From assembly GCA_964607485.1 (NCBI GenBank), contig CAZSKP010000004.1, positions 96,001 through 160,000 on the forward strand: a stretch of DNA of 64,000 nucleotides. The letters are read 5' to 3'. The position numbers were made by a program, and so were the translations under genes. This stretch comes from an uncultured bacterium. GTDB lineage: Bacteria > Abyssobacteria > SURF-5. Shown here piece by piece: positions 57,461 through 64,000 of the stretch. How positions within the stretch are numbered: the first letter of the stretch is position 1; the number at the start of each line of letters is the position of its first letter. A model generated the notes under the pieces. It saw only the letters and a list, made by a program, of their open reading frames with translations, had not been told where the DNA came from and did no database searches.

Positions 57461-59578
57461 GTGGCCGCGTTCATGTCAACATCGAGGTCAACATCATTTG
57501 ACTTTCAACTGTCTCAAAAATATACTGTCACCATGTCGGTCCTCATCGAAACCGTTCTCGGCAGGCTCGGCTCGCGTTTCTCGCTGAGCTTCCATCCATG
57601 CAGGAAACAACTCTGGACCTCGCCTCTGGGCAGGCTATATGACCGGCCGATTCGGCTCGAAATTTCCATGGTCGCGGGCGACAAACGCCTGATGTGGCCG
57701 TTCTCGTCCGGCGAACAGATGGATGTCTGCGAGCAGCAAATGACGATGACGAGCGTGGGATTTCGGTGCATATCTGTGTCGCTCGGCGTCGAACTTCTCA
57801 TAAGATTCGTCGCGCCTTTCTATCCGCAAGACGAGAAGCTTTCGGTCGCACCCTTCTTCTACATCGACCTTGTCTGCAAACCGATGTCGGGCGCGACGGA
57901 ACGCACTGCGGGCGAGATCAAGGTGGCTCTCCTCGGGAGTGAAGACGACGTCGTTGCCCGGGACGGCTCGGGAGTGACGCTCCAGGGCGCGTATCGACTG
58001 ACGCCGGACGTCTCGAGCGAAGAGGCGGACGAGTTTTCCCGGGGCGATTTCGGGGGGACAATCGCGCTCGCGCCCATTCGGGGCAAGCTTACTCTCAAGG
58101 AGAGCACGTTCTCGATTCCCTACTCGGTCGATGAGGGCGCAACAACGCGAGCGACGTTTGCGCTCGCCGCTCATTGCGACGAACCGGTCCTTGAGGTAGA
58201 AGGAACGCCCCATCGTTTTCGTTACCTGCGGTGGTTCCCGTCTCTGGCGGACGTGACGGCGTTCGCGAAGGACGGAGAAGCGAGCATCGCACAGCGCTCA
58301 GACTTCTTCGACGAATTGTTCCTGCGTTCTTCGCTGGGACAATCGGCAAAAAATCTCATCGCGCATTCGTTCCAGTCGCACCTTTCGGCGACGTGGTGGA
58401 CCGAACCGGCCACAGGCGACGGCGCCGAGTGGTTCGGCTTCTGGGACAGTCGAGCGTTCCACAACGCGGCGGAAGCCGAATATGCCTCCTCGCTGCTCTA
58501 TCTGAACCTGTGGCCCGACCTCCTCGAGAAACAACTGAATCAACGAGCCTCTCTTGAGAAGGAGAGCGGCGTCCTTCCCGTCAACTGCGGCCGTTTCCTG
58601 TCGGTGCAATCCTCGGACGCGCGGCCGGCGGGTGTCGAGGAATCGTGCGACTTTCTTCTGATGCTGTTCGCGCACTGGCGGTGGTGGAACCGGTTCGAGC
58701 CGATAGAACGAAACGCCTCCCTGATACGAAGGCTCGGCGGTTTTCTGCTGCATTCCGACCCCGCCCGACCCGGCCGCTCGAGCGTCCAGACCCGCCTGGT
58801 GTTGAAAACGTTGTGCGCCCTCGAGGCGGTGGCCGTCATGGCGGAGGAGCTCGACGACGGCGACCTGTCGGACTCCTGCAGGGACGCCGTGAGGGCCATG
58901 AGGACGCAGTTCGAGGAACACGCGTGGGCGCGGGATCACTTCATTGTCCGGCTCGGCGGCTCGGAATCGGGAGAACGGGAACATTATTCCATCTGTACGC
59001 CCGACGGACTGCTTCACCATCTCATGTGCGACTCGTTTCCCGAGCTGGATTACGGGCGTTTCAGGCAGGATATTCTGTCGTCCGCATCGAACACGCTCTC
59101 CCGCTACGGCTCCGCGGCTGCGGCCGCGGAACCCGAACGATTCTCCATTTTGGACAATGTCTGGCGCGACGTCGTTGCCGCATACCTCGGGATCGATTTC
59201 TCGCGGATGACCGAACGGTACCGGGACTTTTGTGTTTCCGCGAATGCGAGCGAGCCGGGCGGACGCCGCGTCGATCCGCCGAGTTCTCCCAATCTTCTCA
59301 GCGATGCGAGAGGCGCAAGCACGATGGGACTCCTCCAGGCGCTGCTCGGATTGAAACTGGACAGGGTCGAGCGTTCAATCACGATATCCCCGCTGTCCAT
59401 CCCGGCGGAGGCGCCCATACTGCCCCTTGCCGACTGGGAAAGAGGCCTTGTGCCACGAGCGAGCGTCGGGTGTGAAGGAAACCAGATGAGGGTGGATGTG
59501 AGCGAACGCGACCTTGTCGATGCGGCGGGCGATCTCGCAATAGACCCGCATCCCGAGCTCAGGTGGGGAGGCTCTTAG
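57461..59578 (+). CDS. Glycoside hydrolase-like protein (beta-sandwich plus (alpha/alpha)6; GH52/GH116/DUF4965-like)
   Basis: 'FVAPFYPQDEKLSVAPFFY', 'LWPDLLEKQL', 'VEES', 'KTLCALEA', 'DNVWRD'; start uncertain. Confidence 0.55.
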   Translation: MAAFMSTSRSTSFDFQLSQKYTVTMSVLIETVLGRLGSRFSLSFHPCRKQLWTSPLGRLYDRPIRLEISMVAGDKRLMWPFSSGEQMDVCEQQMTMTSVGFRCISVSLGVELLIRFVAPFYPQDEKLSVAPFFYIDLVCKPMSGATERTAGEIKVALLGSEDDVVARDGSGVTLQGAYRLTPDVSSEEADEFSRGDFGGTIALAPIRGKLTLKESTFSIPYSVDEGATTRATFALAAHCDEPVLEVEGTPHRFRYLRWFPSLADVTAFAKDGEASIAQRSDFFDELFLRSSLGQSAKNLIAHSFQSHLSATWWTEPATGDGAEWFGFWDSRAFHNAAEAEYASSLLYLNLWPDLLEKQLNQRASLEKESGVLPVNCGRFLSVQSSDARPAGVEESCDFLLMLFAHWRWWNRFEPIERNASLIRRLGGFLLHSDPARPGRSSVQTRLVLKTLCALEAVAVMAEELDDGDLSDSCRDAVRAMRTQFEEHAWARDHFIVRLGGSESGEREHYSICTPDGLLHHLMCDSFPELDYGRFRQDILSSASNTLSRYGSAAAAAEPERFSILDNVWRDVVAAYLGIDFSRMTERYRDFCVSANASEPGGRRVDPPSSPNLLSDARGASTMGLLQALLGLKLDRVERSITISPLSIPAEAPILPLADWERGLVPRASVGCEGNQMRVDVSERDLVDAAGDLAIDPHPELRWGGS

Positions 59579-59633
59579 GGAGCTGTCTCAGAAGTACCTT
59601 TACATATTCACACAACGCATCGCTGATTTTTTA

Positions 59634-59705
59634 TGTCATTCCCACGAAAGTGGGAATCCAGTTTACAGGGGAAAATCATGGATTCCCGTTTTCACGGGAA
59701 TGACA
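59634..59705. repeat. REP/dRS3-like palindromic element
   Basis: tgtcattcccacgaaagtgggaatcca...tggattcccgttttcacgggaatgaca. Confidence 0.8.
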
Positions 59706-59771
59706 ACAAGCACGAATAACACAAGACATTATTGAAACAGTTTCCGGAACGAAACACCAGGGGGCTTCGCC

Positions 59772-61094
59772 TCAGCCGAGCTTCAGCACATACCTTACAA
59801 CGAACAACGCGGCGAATATGTAAACGAACGCGTTCACTTCCTTTCCGCGCCCGCTCAGCAGCTTGATGAGAGCGAATGAGATAAACCCGAACGCGATGCC
59901 GTCGGTGATGCTGAACGTGAGCGGCATCATTATCATGGTGAGAAACGCCGGCACGGATTCGGTATAATCCTCCCACTTTATCGATTTCACACTGGTCATC
60001 ATCATGCTCCCGACGATAATCAGCGGCGGCGCTATCACGGGATAGAGCTGGAGACCGCCGTACGTAACCGCGCCCCCGACCATCTTCGCCAGCGGATAGA
60101 AGAAGAGCGCGAGGATGAACAGCGACGCCGTCACCATGTTGGCCAGCCCGGTACGCCCGCCCTCCGACACGCCGGCGGCGCTTTCGATATAGCTCGTGAC
60201 CGTCGAGGTGCCCAGCGTGGTGCCGACGACGGTGCCGATGGCGTCTGAAAGCAGCGCCCGCTCGGCGCGGGGAAGCTTGCCGTTGACCATGAACCCGGCC
60301 CGCTCGCTTATTCCCACGAGCGTGCCGACCGTGTCGAACAGGTCGAGGAAGAAGAACACGAATATGACCGCCAGCACATCCGCGATGCGGCCCGTCCTGA
60401 ATGCGCCGAAGATGTCCAGCTTGAACAACGTCGGGGCGATCGATGGCGGCGCGCCCACGACTCCCTCGAATTTCACCATGTTGAGCATCCACCCCGCGAG
60501 GGCGGTGGCGAGGATGCCGATGAGAATCGCACCCCGTATGCGCAGGGCGAAAAGTAACGAGATGAGCAGCACTCCGAACAGCGAAAGCAGGACGGGGGCG
60601 CTGTGAAGGTCGCCCAGCCTCACCAGCGTGCTCGGATGGCCGACGACGAGTCCGCCCCATTCCATGCCCACGAGCGCGATCAGGAGGCCTATCCCGACGG
60701 CGATGGAGCTCTTGAGCGACTGGGGAATCGCGTCCACGAGCCGGGCGCGGAAGCTGAACAGCGACAGGAATATGAACAGCGCGCCCGAGATGAAGTTCGC
60801 GCCGAGGGCAACCTGCCAGCTATAGCCCATCAGTTCGCAAATGGTGAAGACGAAGAAGAAATTGTGGCCCATGGCGGGCGCCAGCGCGATGGGGTAGTTG
60901 GCCAGCACTCCCATGAGAAACGTGGCTAACGCGCTTGCGACGCACGTGGCGACGAGCACCGCTCCGTGGTCCATGCCGCAGATGCTCAACACCGCCGGCT
61001 GCACGAAAATGATGTAGGACATCGTCATGAAGGTGGATAATCCTGCCACGACTTCCGTGCGGACGTTGGTGCCCCTTGACCGAAGCTCGAACAT
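59772..61094 (-). CDS. NCS2/AzgA family purine permease
   Basis: 'TEVVAGLSTFMTMSYI', 'APAMG', 'DLFDTVGT', 'SYIESAAGVSEGGRTG'. Confidence 0.95.
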   Translation of the reverse strand: MFELRSRGTNVRTEVVAGLSTFMTMSYIIFVQPAVLSICGMDHGAVLVATCVASALATFLMGVLANYPIALAPAMGHNFFFVFTICELMGYSWQVALGANFISGALFIFLSLFSFRARLVDAIPQSLKSSIAVGIGLLIALVGMEWGGLVVGHPSTLVRLGDLHSAPVLLSLFGVLLISLLFALRIRGAILIGILATALAGWMLNMVKFEGVVGAPPSIAPTLFKLDIFGAFRTGRIADVLAVIFVFFFLDLFDTVGTLVGISERAGFMVNGKLPRAERALLSDAIGTVVGTTLGTSTVTSYIESAAGVSEGGRTGLANMVTASLFILALFFYPLAKMVGGAVTYGGLQLYPVIAPPLIIVGSMMMTSVKSIKWEDYTESVPAFLTMIMMPLTFSITDGIAFGFISFALIKLLSGRGKEVNAFVYIFAALFVVRYVLKLG

Positions 61095-61168
61095 GGGGGC
61101 GACACCTCCTTTGCTTTCTGGTCAAAGGTCGGGGATGCCGAGCCTGGAGAATCATCCGACCCGGCCTA

Positions 61169-61663
61169 TCATCGTTCTCGCTGCACGTAGAATTTCTCCT
61201 TGAGCCTGCGTTCGACCACCTCGGGCACGAACGAGCCTATGTCCCCCCCAAACTCTATTAACTCCTTCACGAGGCTGGAGCTGATGAACGAATAGTTCTC
61301 GTGAGTCATCAAGAATATCGTTTCGTAGGAATCGTTGAGCTTTCGGTTGGTCAGCGCCATCTGGAATTCGTACTCGAAGTCGGAGAACGCCCTCAGCCCG
61401 CGCACGACGCAGCACGCCTTCTTCTTGCGTATGTAATCGACGAGCAGGCCGTCGAAAGAGTCGACGCTCACGCTCGGAAAGTCCTTGGTCAACTCGCGAA
61501 TCATTTCCATCCGTTCGGAAATCGAAAAGAATTCGGTTTTCCGGATATTGTGCGCGATGGCGACGATGAGCTCATCGAAAAGCCCGACGGCGCGCTCGAT
61601 AAGGTCGATGTGACCGTACGTAATAGGGTCGAAGCTGCCGGGATAGACGGCTATTCTTTTCAT
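61169..61663 (-). CDS. coaD: Pantetheine-phosphate adenylyltransferase
   Basis: 'YPGSFDPITYGH', 'RGLRAFSDFEYE', 'ISSSLVKE'. Confidence 0.97.
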   Translation of the reverse strand: MKRIAVYPGSFDPITYGHIDLIERAVGLFDELIVAIAHNIRKTEFFSISERMEMIRELTKDFPSVSVDSFDGLLVDYIRKKKACCVVRGLRAFSDFEYEFQMALTNRKLNDSYETIFLMTHENYSFISSSLVKELIEFGGDIGSFVPEVVERRLKEKFYVQRER

Positions 61664-61665
61664 AC

Positions 61666-62844
61666 TTATTCCCCCAATTCCTTCATCGCTGATCTCTTGG
61701 CCGCGTCATATACGTGTTTCAAGGGCACGCTGTGGCTGCGCGCGATTTTCCTGCAATCTTCGAATTCGGGCGAGACGGACATCAATTTCCCTTCTCCCGT
61801 TCCCACCTTCACTCTGACCGGCCCCCACTCGGTGGACACCTCTATCACCTTGCGCTCCAGCTTCAGCCGCGCCTCACGGTGATATCTTACACCAAACGTG
61901 GTGGATTCTGAAAATAATATCGAAGCCAGAGAGGATGTGTCGGCCGGCTCGCACAGTACGGTGAGGAGAGTGCCGGGCCTCGTCTTCTTCGCCTGTATGG
62001 GCGTGAGATACGCCTCCAGCGCCCCTCTTTCAAACAGCAGCTCCATGAGATACTCGAAATTTTCCGGATTCATGTCGTCGATGGTGGTGCTCATGACCGT
62101 AACGTCGTCGCCGGCGTAGGCCTCCGTCGGCTCTCCGACGACGGCCCGCAGCAGGTTGGGCCACTCGGGAAACTCGCGCTTGCCCGCGCCGTAGCCGTGG
62201 AACAGCACCTTCTGCGGGGGAAGCGGGCCGAAGCTCTTCGCGAGCGACCTCAGGATGACGGCGCCCGTGGGCGTGACGAGCTCGGCCTGTGGGCCGCGTG
62301 AATAGATGGGGATGCCCTCGAGCAGCTTCATCGTCGCGGGCGCGGGCACCGGGAGCACTCCGTGCCTGCACTCGACGAAGCCGCTCCCCACGTTGACGGG
62401 CGACGAATGCACTTCGTCGATTCCCAGCCTGTCGAGTCCGACGAGCGCGCCGACCACATCGACGATCGAGTCGATTGCGCCCACCTCGTGAAAACGGATC
62501 TTGTCGGGCGTCGTGGAATGAATCGCCGCCTCGGTATCCGCCAGCAGGGTGAAAATCCGCTCCGCCTTGTCGCGTAGTCCCTGGGGCAGGGAGCTTGAGT
62601 GGAGAAGTTCGAGGATGTGGTTGAGTCCGCGCTCGCTGGGCTGGGGTTCCGTCACATCGACGAAGAAGCTGGTGGCGGTCAAGTGCCGCCGCGAGGTCTT
62701 TTGCGCGCGTAGTTCGTAGCCCTCGAGCGGAAGCAGGCGCAGCCCTTCTCGCAGGTCCTCGATGTCAAGGCCCGCGTCGAGGAGGGAGCCTACGAGCATG
62801 TCGCCGCTGATGCCGGAGAAACAGTCGAAATAGATATGTCTCAC
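61666..62844 (-). CDS. larC: Nickel pincer cofactor biosynthesis protein LarC
   Basis: 'YFDCFSGISGDM', 'FHEVGAIDSIVD', 'HGVLPVPAPAT', 'ELVTPTG', 'PEFEDC'. Confidence 0.95.
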   Translation of the reverse strand: MRHIYFDCFSGISGDMLVGSLLDAGLDIEDLREGLRLLPLEGYELRAQKTSRRHLTATSFFVDVTEPQPSERGLNHILELLHSSSLPQGLRDKAERIFTLLADTEAAIHSTTPDKIRFHEVGAIDSIVDVVGALVGLDRLGIDEVHSSPVNVGSGFVECRHGVLPVPAPATMKLLEGIPIYSRGPQAELVTPTGAVILRSLAKSFGPLPPQKVLFHGYGAGKREFPEWPNLLRAVVGEPTEAYAGDDVTVMSTTIDDMNPENFEYLMELLFERGALEAYLTPIQAKKTRPGTLLTVLCEPADTSSLASILFSESTTFGVRYHREARLKLERKVIEVSTEWGPVRVKVGTGEGKLMSVSPEFEDCRKIARSHSVPLKHVYDAAKRSAMKELGE

Positions 62845-62862
62845 TGATTTTCTCCGGAGGGC

Positions 62863-63612
62863 TTATTTCCGCCTCGCGATGATACTGGCAAAGTAGCCCG
62901 CGCCGAATCCGTTATCTATGTTGACCACCGAAACGCCCGGAGAGCAGGTGTTCAGCATTCCCAGGAGAGCCGCCAGCCCGTCGAAGCTCGCGCCATAGCC
63001 CACGCTGGTAGGGACGGCGACGACAGGGCATTCTACCAGACCGCCCACGACGCTTGCAAGTGCTCCCTCCATGCCGGCCGCCACGACGATGGAGTCGGAT
63101 TTCGATATGTCGTTTCTCCGGTCGAACAGCCTGTGTATTCCCGCCACGCCGACGTCGTATATCCGCGTCACGCGGCATCCCATCATCTCGGAGGTGACGG
63201 CGGCCTCCTCGGCCACGGGAATGTCGGAGGTGCCGGCGGTGATGATGGTGACTTTGCCCTTGCGTCGTCCTATCGGACGCACGACGATCGTCATCGCGCG
63301 GGCGTCCCGGTTGTAGCGGGCCTTCTTGTGGATTGCGCGGACGGAGTTGAATGCTTCGGGTGAGACCCTCGTCGCCAACACGTTGCATTCGCGCTCGACC
63401 ATCTTGTCCACGATGGCCACTATCTGCTCCGAGGTCTTGTTCTCGCACAGGATCACCTCGGGAAATCCTCTTCGGAGGTGGCGGTGGTGGTCGAGCTTGG
63501 CGAATCCGAGGTCTTCGTAGGGAAGCGACTTGAGCGCCGACATCGCGTCGTCAACGCTCATCTTGCCTCGCGCGACGGCGAGCATAATCGAGCGGAGTTT
63601 GTCGGGGTGCAT
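62863..63612 (-). CDS. larB: Nickel pincer cofactor biosynthesis protein LarB
   Basis: 'LDHHRHLRRGFPEV', 'AGTSD', 'DVGVAGIHRL', 'AGMEGAL', 'PTSVGYG', 'VNIDNGFG'. Confidence 0.96.
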   Translation of the reverse strand: MHPDKLRSIMLAVARGKMSVDDAMSALKSLPYEDLGFAKLDHHRHLRRGFPEVILCENKTSEQIVAIVDKMVERECNVLATRVSPEAFNSVRAIHKKARYNRDARAMTIVVRPIGRRKGKVTIITAGTSDIPVAEEAAVTSEMMGCRVTRIYDVGVAGIHRLFDRRNDISKSDSIVVAAGMEGALASVVGGLVECPVVAVPTSVGYGASFDGLAALLGMLNTCSPGVSVVNIDNGFGAGYFASIIARRK

Positions 63613-63631
63613 GCTCTGAGTCAGTCTCCAA

Positions 63632-64000
63632 TCATATTTTCTTCCTTGAGCTTTTCTTGAACATGGTTCCGAACACGGACTCCTTCTTGTACTGCTTCGA
63701 CATGCCTATCGTCACCAGGATATCCCGTCCGGTTATCTCCTCTACTATAGCATGAAGATAGCCCGAAGCGGAATCTGGGAGCCTGGCGATGCTCTCGCAG
63801 TCGTCGATCAGCACGACGTGCGAATTGGCGAGCTTGTTGAGAAGGCCGTTCCAATCGAAGGTGGGCGTGAGCGCGAGCATCTCCGCAAGCTTCTCGACCG
63901 AAAGCAGGGAAACCGGCCCCTTGAAGATTCCCCGCAGCGTGTTGCACAATGCGTTGAAGAAATGGTTGCGGCGCTGCTGGTCATTCTCGATGACCAGCAG
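63632..64000 (-). CDS. Hypothetical protein, DnaA/Hda-like ATPase fold (5' end beyond window)
   Basis: Walker B-like 'VVLIDD'; frame open to the window edge. Confidence 0.45.
   Translation of the reverse strand: MLVIENDQQRRNHFFNALCNTLRGIFKGPVSLLSVEKLAEMLALTPTFDWNGLLNKLANSHVVLIDDCESIARLPDSASGYLHAIVEEITGRDILVTIGMSKQYKKESVFGTMFKKSSRKKI

Noticed and set aside
1-64000. tRNA, rRNA, CRISPR array, intact integrase or transposase
   Set aside because: None recognised by eye; tRNAscan/Rfam not run

Overview
A 64 kb window from a GC-rich, apparently anaerobic bacterium; no rRNA, tRNA, CRISPR array or intact integrase/transposase was seen. (1) 1-13.2 kb: ABC permease, a secreted protein, and a minus-strand signalling module. 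The module has two paralogous ORFans (one with a Tat signal), a 1270-aa chimera (class III cyclase, STAND ATPase, alpha/beta-hydrolase, TPR, wHTH/BTAD), a promoter with SARP-like boxes, a PLP alpha-oxoamine synthase and a cNMP-binding protein. It is followed by TetR, an IS3-truncated corrinoid gene and a CYTH protein. (2) 13.5-37.4 kb: an intact comM/yifB gene followed by three progressively more decayed direct copies of its own 3' end (26158, 35540, 37192). These copies delimit blocks of accessory genes: an acyl-CoA/radical SAM/selenoprotein block, a LOG plus NAD-linked formate dehydrogenase block, and an AT-rich ORFan block. This looks like an integrase-free serial gene-capture array anchored on the comM tail and is the most notable signal. 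(3) 37.4-64 kb: thiolase, an Rhs relic, a PKD surface protein with sigma54 promoters, NSS transporter, DUF362, HDOD/histidine kinase, ClpX lacking its Zn domain, PilZ and MshEN-like proteins, split methionine synthase domains, a MerB-like gene with two in-frame UGA codons at the catalytic Cys positions, a sugar ABC ATPase, a glycoside-hydrolase-like protein, NCS2 permease, coaD, larC and larB. Two genes that the ORF track splits are recoverable as selenoproteins. All assignments are by eye from motifs; no database searches were run.
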